The position numbers and the translations under genes are program-made. Shown here one piece after another: positions 1 to 10,041 of a stretch of 64,000 nucleotides of DNA (the first letter of the stretch is position 1; each line of letters begins with the position of its first letter). This stretch comes from Nautiliaceae bacterium (lineage in GTDB: Bacteria > Campylobacterota > Campylobacteria > Campylobacterales > Nautiliaceae), in contig JBDONT010000026.1 of NCBI GenBank assembly GCA_039831155.1, positions 35,892 to 99,891 on the forward strand. The letters run 5' to 3'. Below the pieces are notes generated by a model. That model was not told the DNA's origin. It did no database searches and was given only the letters and a program-made list of their open reading frames with translations.

Positions 1-14
1 AGGATATTATTATT

Positions 15-725
15 ATGCGATATATTAAATATATTTTATGGTTTTTAATCGGTATTATAAGCGGTTTTTTCCTTATAACTTTTCTAAAATTGTTTTTACC
101 TTCCGTACCTTTAAAATACGACATCAAAAAAACATCGGAAATATTTAATATTAACCTTTCCAAAATATTTAAAGTCTTTTATCAAACTCCTTTAAATATC
201 TCCCCTTTAAAAGGAGTAAGTTTAAAAGCTTTATATAAAGATAACGATAAAGGTTTCATTATTATATACGATAAGAAAAATATCTTCATAGATTTAAACG
301 GTTATTACAAAGGGTATAAACTAGTAACAATAAACAAAAATTCCGCTATTTTCGAAAAAAACTCCGAAAAATATATTTTAAAATTTAAAAATACGAACAA
401 TAATTTTACAAACATCTCTGAATCGGAAAAAGTGAAAATTAAAAAATCCTATATTAAATCGGTAAAAAACAACCCTTTGAAAATTTGGAATGACATTAAT
501 ATAATCAATACCCCAAACGGTTACAAAATAACTTATATAAGACCTCATAGTATATTCGATAAAATAGGTTTGAAAACGGGAGATATAATAATTGCTGTAA
601 ACAATAAAAAATTAAACGACAATTTAGCTTGGAAACTTTACAAAAATATAGAAAAATACGAAGATTTGGATATAACCATAAAAAGAAACAACACTATAAA
701 GGTAATTCGTTATGAAATTAATTAA
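15..725 (+). CDS. gspC: Type II secretion protein C-like (N-terminal TM, C-terminal PDZ)
   Basis: N-terminal TM, C-terminal PDZ-like 'IGLKTGDIIIAVNN'; first gene of the gspDEF run. Confidence 0.7.
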   Translation: MRYIKYILWFLIGIISGFFLITFLKLFLPSVPLKYDIKKTSEIFNINLSKIFKVFYQTPLNISPLKGVSLKALYKDNDKGFIIIYDKKNIFIDLNGYYKGYKLVTINKNSAIFEKNSEKYILKFKNTNNNFTNISESEKVKIKKSYIKSVKNNPLKIWNDINIINTPNGYKITYIRPHSIFDKIGLKTGDIIIAVNNKKLNDNLAWKLYKNIEKYEDLDITIKRNNTIKVIRYEIN

Positions 726-2463
726 AACTCTTTTATCAACGGTAATTTTATTAAACGCAACTTATATTAATTTAAACTTTAAAAATCTGGATATAAAAGA
801 TTTTATAAAAATGACGGCTAAAATCACTAATAAAAACATTTTAATTAACACTTCACTTTCCGGTAAAGTTAATTTTATATCGGTCAAACCTATAAAAAAA
901 GAAGATGTTTTTAATATTTTATTAAGCGTATTACGTGCTAAAGGTTACACTATAATTGAAGAAAACGATTATTTAAAAGTCATAAGAAGTTCCGACCTAT
1001 TAAAAGAAGCACCCGGTCTTGATAATTCATTATCTTCTGTTAAAACGACTATTATTAAACTACAAAACATTTCCGTCAGAGACGCTTATCAACAAATTTT
1101 TTATTTAAAAAGTAAATACGGAAAAATAGTTCTTAATCAAGATGAAAATATCCTAATAATTACCGATTATCCCAAAAATATAAAAGTAATAAAAGAGATT
1201 TTAAAAAAAACGGATCGTTTTAACAAACCGATTATAAAATATTACTCTTTAAAAAACGCTCAAGTTACCAAAGTGTTTAAAAAAATAAACAATATTACAT
1301 CAACAATGTATAACCCTAAAATTTATAAATACAAAATAGTCCCGAATGAAAACTCAAACTCATTTATCGTTATAGGTCCTAAAAAAGTGGTAAACTCAAT
1401 AATACTCAACCTACAAAAGCTGGATACAAAACCAAAACCCCTAAATCAGATAACTAAAATTATTACCCTTAAAAATTCGGATGTTACAAATATGGCAAAA
1501 GTTTTGCAAAAAATAGTCTCTTTAAAATATAAAAAAAACTCTCCCTCAATTACGGAAGACAAAGAAACAAACTCTCTAATCGTAATAGCCACACCTTCTC
1601 AAATGGAAACTATAAAAACAATTATAAAAGCTTTGGATATCCCTAAAATGCAGGTATACGTAAAAGCCAGAATCCTGGAAATCAGCAACCTAAAAGCCTC
1701 TCAACTGGGAACAAAACTAGGTCTTTTAGCAGGAAGTGGCGGAAGCAGCGGGCTTTATACCCTTAGTGCCAATATGGGAGGCCCGGCAATTGCATTTGAC
1801 GTAACCTCTCTTGGTCTAAGTATCCCGACTTTAAAACAGGGCTTAGCCCTTGGTGCTACTCTTGATTTATTAGAAACTTTCGGAGCTGCCAAAAAATTAA
1901 GCGAACCATCAATTCTTTGTATAAACAACACCCCCTCAACCATTTACGTAGGAAAAACAATTTCCGTAAAAACCGGTCAAACTACTTCCACAACCACATC
2001 GGTATCTTATACAAGACAGGATATAGGACTTACCTTAAAAGTAACTCCTAGAATAGACAGTGATAATAAAGTCGCTTTAAATATAGAATCCACAATAGAA
2101 GACATACTTCCCGGCTCACCGGATTTGACTTTACCTACAACCTCTAAAAGAGAAATTCAAACAACAACAATAGTAAATAACGGTCAAAGTATAATTATAG
2201 GCGGTCTTGCTAGAAACAATAAAGACATTACAATAAAAAAAGTACCTCTCTTAGGCGATATCCCAGTAATTGGAAATCTATTTAAACACAAAGAAATTAA
2301 CGAAGACAAAACGACACTTGTTATAATTTTAACGCCTTATATCGTTAAAAAAAGTACCGATTTGGATAAATTAAGATTGACCCTGGCAAAACTAAACCAT
2401 TTAGAAAGACAGTTTGCCCTAGATTACATCAAAAAAAGAAAGTTAAATGTTAACGTTAAATAA
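712..2463 (+). CDS. gspD: Type II secretion secretin GspD
   Basis: N0 'LNFKNLDIKDFIKMTAKITNKNI', repeated N domains, secretin motif 'KVPLLGDIPVIGNLF'. Confidence 0.92.
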   Translation: MKLIKTLLSTVILLNATYINLNFKNLDIKDFIKMTAKITNKNILINTSLSGKVNFISVKPIKKEDVFNILLSVLRAKGYTIIEENDYLKVIRSSDLLKEAPGLDNSLSSVKTTIIKLQNISVRDAYQQIFYLKSKYGKIVLNQDENILIITDYPKNIKVIKEILKKTDRFNKPIIKYYSLKNAQVTKVFKKINNITSTMYNPKIYKYKIVPNENSNSFIVIGPKKVVNSIILNLQKLDTKPKPLNQITKIITLKNSDVTNMAKVLQKIVSLKYKKNSPSITEDKETNSLIVIATPSQMETIKTIIKALDIPKMQVYVKARILEISNLKASQLGTKLGLLAGSGGSSGLYTLSANMGGPAIAFDVTSLGLSIPTLKQGLALGATLDLLETFGAAKKLSEPSILCINNTPSTIYVGKTISVKTGQTTSTTTSVSYTRQDIGLTLKVTPRIDSDNKVALNIESTIEDILPGSPDLTLPTTSKREIQTTTIVNNGQSIIIGGLARNNKDITIKKVPLLGDIPVIGNLFKHKEINEDKTTLVIILTPYIVKKSTDLDKLRLTLAKLNHLERQFALDYIKKRKLNVNVK

Positions 2464-3952
2464 TATAAACCCAAAAGCTACGGAAATAGAAAATTTCAAT
2501 ATAGAAGAGGGGATTAAATTCTCTTTACTGCCAGGTGTTTTAGATAATAAAACCTACTTTTTTACAACTCAAGACCACCTAATAGACGCCCTTAATTTTT
2601 ATAATAAAACAAATACTCCACTTGAAATAATATTAACGGATAAAGACTCTTTTAACAGACTTCTTAATCGGTTTTTGGAAATTAAAACCCAAAAAGAACT
2701 TCAAAACAGTGACTTAGAAGCGGAAGAGGATTTGAGTTTAGACGATTTTATAAAAAACGGGCTTGATATTTTGGATTCGGAAAACTCGGCTCCTATTATA
2801 AAATTCGTAAATTCTATGTTCTTTCAAGCTGTAAAAAAAAGAGCAAGCGATATTCATATAGAAACCCACGAAAGTTTCGGAACCATTCGTTTTAGAATAG
2901 ACGGAGTGTTAATAACTCAAGCCACCATTCAAAAAAACATAACAAACCTTGTAATCAATAGAATAAAAGTAATCTCAAACCTTGATATAAGCGAAAAAAG
3001 AGTCCCACAAGACGGAAGATGTCAAATAAAAATTTCAAATAAAACAACCGATATAAGAGTCTCTATTATTCCTACATATTTCGGAGAAAAAGCAGTCCTT
3101 AGACTGCTTATGGAAAGTGAGGATATTCCATCTTTAAAAGAACTTGGATTCAATAAAGAAGTAACAACCAACCTTCAAGAGCTTTTAACACACTCTTACG
3201 GAATGATTTTAGTAACGGGACCTACCGGTAGTGGAAAGTCCACAACCCTTCACAGTTTTTTGCAAACAATAGCAACACCCGAAAAAAACATAATAACAAT
3301 CGAAGACCCGGTAGAATATAAAGCCGACAACATAAACCAAATCCAGGTAAACCCGAAAGTAGGACTTACGTTCAGCTCCGGGCTTAGAAGTATTTTACGT
3401 CAAGACCCGGATATCATAATGGTAGGGGAAATAAGAGATAAAGAAACGGCTTCTATTGCCATTCAAGCCGCTTTAACGGGACACTTAATGCTATCGACCC
3501 TTCATACCAACAACGCAGCCTCTACCATTACAAGACTTATGGATATGGGAATAGAGCCGTTTTTAATCGCTTCTTCTTTAATAGGAATCTTATCCCAAAG
3601 ACTTGTTAGAATATTATGTGAGTGTAAAGAACAAGAACCATCAACCAAGCTACAATCCATAATAGAAAAAGACCCTCTGCTTAACAAATATAAACTGCCT
3701 CCTTTTATCTCAAAAGCAAAAGGGTGTCCTAAATGTAACTTCACAGGCTATATAAAAAGAAAAGCGGTAGGAGAGATTTTCGTAATGAACGACGAAATAA
3801 AAGCCCTTATCGCAAATAAAACAAACGATATAGAACTAAAACGGCAAATGATAAAACACGGAATGAAAACCATTAAAGAAAACATTCTTGAGATGGTAAT
3901 AAATCAAGAAACTTCTTTAAAAGAAGCTATTAGAGTAGGGTTAAAGGATTAA
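2447..3952 (+). CDS. gspE: Type II secretion ATPase GspE
   Basis: ASDIHIE, Walker A GPTGSGKST, 'LRQDPDIIMVGEIRD', LSTLHTN, tetra-Cys motif. Confidence 0.93.
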   Translation: MLTLNNINPKATEIENFNIEEGIKFSLLPGVLDNKTYFFTTQDHLIDALNFYNKTNTPLEIILTDKDSFNRLLNRFLEIKTQKELQNSDLEAEEDLSLDDFIKNGLDILDSENSAPIIKFVNSMFFQAVKKRASDIHIETHESFGTIRFRIDGVLITQATIQKNITNLVINRIKVISNLDISEKRVPQDGRCQIKISNKTTDIRVSIIPTYFGEKAVLRLLMESEDIPSLKELGFNKEVTTNLQELLTHSYGMILVTGPTGSGKSTTLHSFLQTIATPEKNIITIEDPVEYKADNINQIQVNPKVGLTFSSGLRSILRQDPDIIMVGEIRDKETASIAIQAALTGHLMLSTLHTNNAASTITRLMDMGIEPFLIASSLIGILSQRLVRILCECKEQEPSTKLQSIIEKDPLLNKYKLPPFISKAKGCPKCNFTGYIKRKAVGEIFVMNDEIKALIANKTNDIELKRQMIKHGMKTIKENILEMVINQETSLKEAIRVGLKD

Positions 3953-3953
3953 G

Positions 3954-5138
3954 GTGGAGTTTAAATACAAAGCTTATACGAAAGAGGGTAAAAAAATAAA
4001 GGGAAAAATAGAGGCGAACTCTTTAACCGAAGCAAAAAACAGACTAAACGACCTATATATCTTAGAAATAAAACCTACAAAAACACTCAATTTAAATATA
4101 TCCAAAACCAATAAAAAAGAACTCTCAAAAACCCTACACTCTCTGGGGCTTTATCTAAAAGCTTCAATCTCACTAATCAGTGCGATTAATCTTTTAAAAA
4201 GCCAATCTTCCCCTCAAATGGTAAAATTCTTAAACGAACTTGAAAAATCTATAAAAGAGGGAAAATCGTTTTTTTACTCCATAGAAAACCAAAAAATCCT
4301 AAAAATCCCCCAATACATAAAAAACAGCTTAAAAATAGGCGAAGAGAGTGGTAAACTGGATATTATCCTAATAGAAATGGCTAAATTTTTAAAAGAAGAG
4401 GAAAAAATAGCCTCCAAAACTTCCCAGGCTATGATATACCCTATGTTTATAGTTGTCGTATCTATATTTATGGTCTTTTTTATGTTAAGCGTAGTGGTCC
4501 CTAAAATCGTAAAAGTATTCGAAAACCTAAATAAAGACTTACCTCTTGTTACGAAAATCGTAATATCACTTGGAAATTTCCTCCAACACAACTGGCTTAA
4601 TATCTTAATAGCCTTAGGAGGAGCCGCGGTTTTAATAAAACTCTCTTTAAAAAAGAGAAAAATCAGGCTTCTTTTTCATAAAACGCTTTTAAAAATACCC
4701 ATTATCAAAAAATTAATAATCTCAAAAGAACTCGGAAGATTTTCTTATCTTACCTCAACCCTTATAAATTCCGGAATAAATTACATCAACGCCGTTAATA
4801 TGGCTACCAATACCCTTGAAAACGAATATATAAAAGAAATCTTCCTAAAAGCCATACAAGACGTAATAGAAGGGAAAAAACTCTCGATATCCTTAAAAAA
4901 AGCCGGATTTGATTTTGATAAATCTTTCCTTCAAGCCCTATCCTTAGCCGAAGATACCTCTCAAGTAGATGAGGTGTTAAAAAATATAAGCGAAATATAC
5001 TTTGAAGAAAATGAACTTTTAAGCAACACTTTAGTGAATTTAATGGAGCCTATTTTGATTATTATAGTAGGAGGAGTTATAGGATTTATCGTAACTGCTA
5101 TGTTACTTCCTATGTTTAGTATGAGTATTATTAACTAA
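3954..5138 (+). CDS. gspF: Type II secretion inner-membrane platform protein GspF
   Basis: GEESGKL, AMIYP, 'LMEPILII...AMLLPMF'. Confidence 0.92.
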   Translation: MEFKYKAYTKEGKKIKGKIEANSLTEAKNRLNDLYILEIKPTKTLNLNISKTNKKELSKTLHSLGLYLKASISLISAINLLKSQSSPQMVKFLNELEKSIKEGKSFFYSIENQKILKIPQYIKNSLKIGEESGKLDIILIEMAKFLKEEEKIASKTSQAMIYPMFIVVVSIFMVFFMLSVVVPKIVKVFENLNKDLPLVTKIVISLGNFLQHNWLNILIALGGAAVLIKLSLKKRKIRLLFHKTLLKIPIIKKLIISKELGRFSYLTSTLINSGINYINAVNMATNTLENEYIKEIFLKAIQDVIEGKKLSISLKKAGFDFDKSFLQALSLAEDTSQVDEVLKNISEIYFEENELLSNTLVNLMEPILIIIVGGVIGFIVTAMLLPMFSMSIIN

Positions 5139-6832
5139 CTCAAAATTATAACCTCTTTGTTTTTTATCATCAAAATATCCTCTGCCTTTGCGATAGTCTC
5201 TGCCCTATGGGCTATTATAATAGTCGTTCTTGATTTTAAAAACCCTTCTATATTTTTAAATACCCTCTCTTCCGTATCCACATCCAAAGCCGAAGTAGAC
5301 TCATCAAGTATTACTATTTCGGGCTTATAAAGAAGTGCCCTGGCAATTGCTATTCTCTGCTTTTGACCCCCACTCAATTTTACCCCGTTTTTCCCTACAT
5401 AAGTTAACAATCCTTTAGGCCAGCTTCTGACAACCGCCTCCATTTCGGCAAGTCTTAAAGCCTCCCAAATTTCTTCTTCTTTAAACTCTCTTCCTAAAGT
5501 AAGATTAAAAAGCAAAGTGTCGTTAAAAAGCCTTGTCTCTTGCAAAATCAAACTAACGTTTTGTCTTATCTTATTAAGCCCTATCTCTTTAAAACAAACT
5601 CCGTTATAAAACACTTCCCCCTCTACCGGCACGAAAAATCCGGCTATAATTTTTGCCAAAGTAGTCTTTCCTCCTCCACTAGCACCTATTAAAGCCGTAA
5701 TTTTATTAGGATAAACGGTACAGTTTATATTCTTTAAAATCCAATCACTCTCTTTATATTTAAAAGAGAGATTTTTTATTTCCACCTTTACACTTTTTTC
5801 AAAAGGATTTTTTTTATGAGCAAAAACCGGTTCTTTTTGTAAATTTAAAGTTTCGTTGATTCTATCAAGTGCGGCTTTTGCGGCAAAGTAGGTGTATTGA
5901 ATAGAAATAATATCCTGAATAGGAGTCATCATAAACCATAAATAACTATAAACCGCAAGCATAAGCCCTATAGTTAAATTATCATAAGCCACAGCCAGAA
6001 TTCCGGCAGCCCTGAAAACTTCAAACCCTATCAAAAATATCAAAAAGCTAAGTTTATTAAAGGCCTCGCTTTTATAACTAAATTCAAAAGATTTCTCTTT
6101 CAAATCCTTTACCAAATCAAAAAGTCTTTTAAAAAAGAACTTCTCTTTATTATAAGCCTTTATCTGCTCAAAAAGCTCTAGCGTCTCAATCAAAGCCTCT
6201 TGAAAAACGGAAATAGACCTATTTTGGACTTTTTTATACTCTTTTACTTTTCTGGCTATTTTACCCGAAAGCACCACCACAAAAGGATTTAAAATCAAAA
6301 TAAAAAACCCCAGTTTCCAGTTAATAAGCAAAAGCACAACAGCAACACCTATTAACGTAAAAAACGATATAACAAACCTCGAAACGGACTTAATCAAAAA
6401 CTCTTCAACCGTATTTACGTCACTAATTAATCTACTTGCTATATCTCCGGTTTTTAAATTTTCATATTCGTTTATCGAAAGATGTTTTAAATGAGCCAAA
6501 ACCCTTAGCCTGATTTTATAAGTAATATCCTTAGTAATTTTCTCAAAAAAATAACTCTGAACGATATTCAAAAAAACAAACATCCCCCTTAAAAAAAGCA
6601 CGACCACAAGAGTAACACTCACATAACAAAAAGCCGAACAGCTACCAAAAATCTCACTTAAACTCTCTACCCAAATGCCTTTTTTGTGTAATAACACCTC
6701 ATCTATTAAAAGTGGCATAAGCATAGGTACGGGTATTGAAATAAGAGTGGCTAAAAATGCTATAATTTGAGCCGATATAAATTCACGCTTATATTTTTTT
6801 ATCTCTTTTATAAGTTGTCCGAATGTATACAA
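5135..6832 (-). CDS. ABC exporter, fused permease/ATPase
   Basis: Multi-TM N-terminus, GASGGGKT, LSGGQKQR, ILDE; TTG start with AAAGGA RBS. Confidence 0.9.
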   Translation of the reverse strand: MYTFGQLIKEIKKYKREFISAQIIAFLATLISIPVPMLMPLLIDEVLLHKKGIWVESLSEIFGSCSAFCYVSVTLVVVLFLRGMFVFLNIVQSYFFEKITKDITYKIRLRVLAHLKHLSINEYENLKTGDIASRLISDVNTVEEFLIKSVSRFVISFFTLIGVAVVLLLINWKLGFFILILNPFVVVLSGKIARKVKEYKKVQNRSISVFQEALIETLELFEQIKAYNKEKFFFKRLFDLVKDLKEKSFEFSYKSEAFNKLSFLIFLIGFEVFRAAGILAVAYDNLTIGLMLAVYSYLWFMMTPIQDIISIQYTYFAAKAALDRINETLNLQKEPVFAHKKNPFEKSVKVEIKNLSFKYKESDWILKNINCTVYPNKITALIGASGGGKTTLAKIIAGFFVPVEGEVFYNGVCFKEIGLNKIRQNVSLILQETRLFNDTLLFNLTLGREFKEEEIWEALRLAEMEAVVRSWPKGLLTYVGKNGVKLSGGQKQRIAIARALLYKPEIVILDESTSALDVDTEERVFKNIEGFLKSRTTIIIAHRAETIAKAEDILMIKNKEVIILS

Positions 6833-6854
6833 ATCAATCCTTTAAGGAGTTTTT

Positions 6855-7226
6855 ATGCAAAAAATTATACTATTAATTTTAAGTACTTTTTTATTTTCTT
6901 ATCAAACATTACCGGCAACCCTTAAAAACATAAAAGCCCTTCAAGCAAAACACATCCCCATAGTCGATATAAGAACACCTGGGGAATGGGCTATAACAGG
7001 CGTAATTCCGGGAGCGATAAAAGATACGTTTTTTGATGAATACGGAAGAATTAACCCAAATTTTTTAAAAAAGATAAAAGCGAAAAAATTCGCCATCATC
7101 TGTCGAACCGGTCACAGAAGCAAACTCGCAGCCGGTATTTTAGAAAATAAAGGAATAGAAGTAATAGACTTAAGCGGAGGAATATTTTATCTTTTTAAAG
7201 ATATGTTATCTAAAGAATTTAAATAA
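6855..7226 (+). CDS. Secreted rhodanese-like protein
   Basis: Signal peptide; 'IVDIRTPGEW..G.IPGA'; active loop 'CRTGHRS'. Confidence 0.85.
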   Translation: MQKIILLILSTFLFSYQTLPATLKNIKALQAKHIPIVDIRTPGEWAITGVIPGAIKDTFFDEYGRINPNFLKKIKAKKFAIICRTGHRSKLAAGILENKGIEVIDLSGGIFYLFKDMLSKEFK

Positions 7227-8645
7227 TTAATCCGTATTAGGAATCAATCTTATATCCAATTGAGTAGGAATTTTTACCATTTCCTCTCCGGTTCTGAATC
7301 CGTCATTCATTTTTATATTTTCAAAAAAATAAAAATTATTTTCACTAAAAGCGAAATTATTTAACGAAATAAAAGAAATAGGTGTTTTATATTCATATGA
7401 ATTTAAATAATTAAAGATTTTTTGAATTTTGCAAGCATTTAAAACCCGTGCCAAAGTAATATAATTCCCCTCTTTCAAATCTATATTTTTCCCTAAAAAA
7501 TAGAGTTTATTATCTTTTACAATCCTATAAACCACACTCAAATAATTTTTATTCAAAAATAAAATCCTATAATCCACACTGTCGGCTTTTGGAAACGAAG
7601 CTAAAAGTTTATTTACCTTTTTATCGTTTTCACTACCTTCAATTTGAGGATACGTACAGTTTATACCTTTTTTGGCAAACACCCTTACCGGTTCTTCTCT
7701 TGTAAAGAGTTTTTTATCATACACTAAAAAATAAACCCTCAAAGCGTTTTTATCTTTTATTACGAATAATTTAACTTTATCGTTATTCTCCAATCTCCCT
7801 TCATAAATATCCTTTAATTTATCGCTTTGTGTATATCTTAAGTTCGTTACTTCAATAGGCGTATTTTTAAAAAATCTCAAGTTAATATCCACCCCTCCGT
7901 CATAAAGTGGCAAAACTGCCCTTGTAAACTGCAAAAAGTTAAGATAGCCACTTTTAGTCGTTTCGTTAATTTCAGATGCTTTAGAAAAGTTATGAGAAAG
8001 TGCCATTATCCTAGAAGAAGTAAAAAACATATTATTAAAAAAAGACAAATTACTATCACTCACAGCCGTTAAAACGGCTCCCGTTTTAGTATTTACGATT
8101 AAAACCCCACTATGCTTTGCAAATTGAATTTTATTTAACTCTTTTAACTGATTAAAATAAGCTTTTTGCAAGTTATAAAGAATATTTAAACTTACATTCC
8201 CGTCTCTTGAATTATTGGCCTCTTCCAGTCCACTGGCTCCAATTAGCATAGAAAAGTTACCCTCTTTTTTCGTCTTCAAAGTACCTAAAATAGCCCTAAA
8301 CTCTTTAAGAGAAGTTCTTTTTTCTTCAAAAGGGCTCAAATTAACATCGCTAACTTTTATTAAAGAATCTATAAAAGAAGTTTTTTTAGTCAAAAGAGTA
8401 GAGTTTTTATCAACTTTCTTTTTAAAATAAACCTCTAAAGAATTCAAAATAAATCTGTTAATCCCACTTCTATTTTCATCGCTTATATTCTCATCGCTTA
8501 AGTTCGAATCGTTAAACAGATTTTTAATATCAAGTTTATAAATAATATAACTTTTCACTACAACCTTATTACCACTTAAAAACGTAGACTTTAAACTCAC
8601 TCCAAACGCAAAAACCCCAATTAAAAGAGTTAGCAATAATTTCAT
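7227..8645 (-). CDS. Secreted protein: degenerate class B PBP-like region plus C-terminal DUF4163/PdaC-like domain
   Basis: Signal peptide; 'GASGLEEANN', 'GNVSLNILYNLQ', 'VLIVNTKTGAVLTAVS' resemble PBP motifs; 'YPQIEG...VNKLL...YLSVV...NIDLKEG..ITL' resembles DUF4163. Confidence 0.5.
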   Translation of the reverse strand: MKLLLTLLIGVFAFGVSLKSTFLSGNKVVVKSYIIYKLDIKNLFNDSNLSDENISDENRSGINRFILNSLEVYFKKKVDKNSTLLTKKTSFIDSLIKVSDVNLSPFEEKRTSLKEFRAILGTLKTKKEGNFSMLIGASGLEEANNSRDGNVSLNILYNLQKAYFNQLKELNKIQFAKHSGVLIVNTKTGAVLTAVSDSNLSFFNNMFFTSSRIMALSHNFSKASEINETTKSGYLNFLQFTRAVLPLYDGGVDINLRFFKNTPIEVTNLRYTQSDKLKDIYEGRLENNDKVKLFVIKDKNALRVYFLVYDKKLFTREEPVRVFAKKGINCTYPQIEGSENDKKVNKLLASFPKADSVDYRILFLNKNYLSVVYRIVKDNKLYFLGKNIDLKEGNYITLARVLNACKIQKIFNYLNSYEYKTPISFISLNNFAFSENNFYFFENIKMNDGFRTGEEMVKIPTQLDIRLIPNTD

Positions 8646-8709
8646 AAACTTCCTTTTTGGCTAAATTTTAACATAAATTCCAATACACAAAATTAAATTA
8701 CGCTAAAAT

Positions 8710-9261
8710 TTAATCCTCTTTTATCTCTCTTGCCTGATAAGTATAAATTACCGGATGATACATAAGACAATCCCCGGGTAACCCGGCTTTCATACAAAGA
8801 TGAGCGAAAAACAGCTCAAAAACCGGCAACTCCTCCCAAACACTCGGTAAAAAAGTCGCCTGATGATTTGCAAGTTGTAAAATAACCCCGTCAACCCCGG
8901 GACGAATTTTTTTCATTAAATCCTCTTTGTCTTCATACTCAACTTTTTGAGGAATAGTTAAAAGACTAATCTCAAGTTTAATTTCATCAAACTCTTCAAC
9001 TCTCAAAGGTGGAAATCTAGGGTCTTCAAAAGCTGCAGCTTTTGCGTTTGATACAATATCGTCAATCAAAGACCTATGAGGCAAAATAGAACCTATACAA
9101 CCTCTTAAAGCCCCGTGTTTTTTAAGAGTTACAAAAGATGCCCTATTTTCTTTTAAAAACGGATATTTCTCAACCCATTCGTTTTTATCAATTAATTTTT
9201 TATTTTCAAGCTCTTCCAAAATAGCCATTCTAGCTAATTTAAGCAATACTTTATCTTCCAT
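8710..9261 (-). CDS. amrA: AmmeMemoRadiSam system protein A (AMMECR1 family)
   Basis: 'ASFVTL...LRGCIGS', 'AAFEDPRF', 'ATFLPSVW'. Confidence 0.92.
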   Translation of the reverse strand: MEDKVLLKLARMAILEELENKKLIDKNEWVEKYPFLKENRASFVTLKKHGALRGCIGSILPHRSLIDDIVSNAKAAAFEDPRFPPLRVEEFDEIKLEISLLTIPQKVEYEDKEDLMKKIRPGVDGVILQLANHQATFLPSVWEELPVFELFFAHLCMKAGLPGDCLMYHPVIYTYQAREIKED

Positions 9262-9284
9262 AATTTCCTCCTATTTTTATAACT

Positions 9285-9293
9285 ATTATATCA
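9285..9293 (-). promoter_or_regulatory. Extended -10 promoter (TGATATAAT) for amrA
   Basis: attatatca on + strand, ~24 nt upstream of the start codon. Confidence 0.6.
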
Positions 9294-9314
9294 AAAATAT
9301 TTAACTAATTTCAC

Positions 9315-9596
9315 TCAAGTTTTGCTAAGCTGGGCTTTTTCTTCAAGCCCATGAAGCCAAACAAAAACATCCACCACGGCTTTATACATCTTAGGAGGTA
9401 TCTCTTCTCCAACTTCCACATTTAAAAGCATTTCTGCCAACATCTCGTTTTGAAACAACGGTACATCGTAAATCTCCGCTTTTTCGATTATTTTTTTGGC
9501 AAGTTCGCCTTTGCCTTTGGCTATGACTTTTGGAGCGTTATCTTCGTAGGCTTTATATTTTAAAGCCACTGCTTTAGTATTTATGGATTTTTTCAT
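9315..9596 (-). CDS. FlhB C-terminal-like (EscU/YscU/HrcU) export switch protein
   Basis: 'KAVALKY..APKVIAKG..A.KII..A...VP', 'GEEIP..MY.AV'; start moved to the MKKS ATG. Confidence 0.88.
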   Translation of the reverse strand: MKKSINTKAVALKYKAYEDNAPKVIAKGKGELAKKIIEKAEIYDVPLFQNEMLAEMLLNVEVGEEIPPKMYKAVVDVFVWLHGLEEKAQLSKT

Positions 9597-10041
9597 AAAT
9601 AGGTCCTTTTTTCGTAAGAGTGGATTTATAAAGATAAACTTCCAGAGGCACTTCAAAAGAGATATTATCCCACTTTTTAAGTTCTTTAAAAAAAGCGTTA
9701 TCTTTAATCTCTTTTATCCTACAAAGAGTGATATGGGGTTTAAAGGGTTTGTCGTTTTTCAGATTAAATTTTTCGTTTATCCGTCTGTTTATTTCATCAC
9801 TTATATCAGCTTTTAAATATAAAATCTTTTTACCGAACATCCCGATACCGTTTATTTTAAAGCTTTTTTGGCTAAAAGAGAGCTTAACCTCATATTTCCT
9901 AGGCTCATCTTCCCCTATAAATTTATGAGTTAAATGCAAATTCCACCCCTCAACCCACTTACCCTCTATAAACCTCCCTAAATCCTGCTTAATAGCCCCG
10001 TAAAGTGGAAACTTAACCGGAGTCGCTATAAAAAGTCTCAT
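9574..10041 (-). CDS. thpR: RNA 2',3'-cyclic phosphodiesterase (2H phosphoesterase)
   Basis: MRLFIA, two HxT motifs (HLTH, HITL), 'STLT..GPIY'. Confidence 0.88.
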   Translation of the reverse strand: MRLFIATPVKFPLYGAIKQDLGRFIEGKWVEGWNLHLTHKFIGEDEPRKYEVKLSFSQKSFKINGIGMFGKKILYLKADISDEINRRINEKFNLKNDKPFKPHITLCRIKEIKDNAFFKELKKWDNISFEVPLEVYLYKSTLTKKGPIYEKIHKY

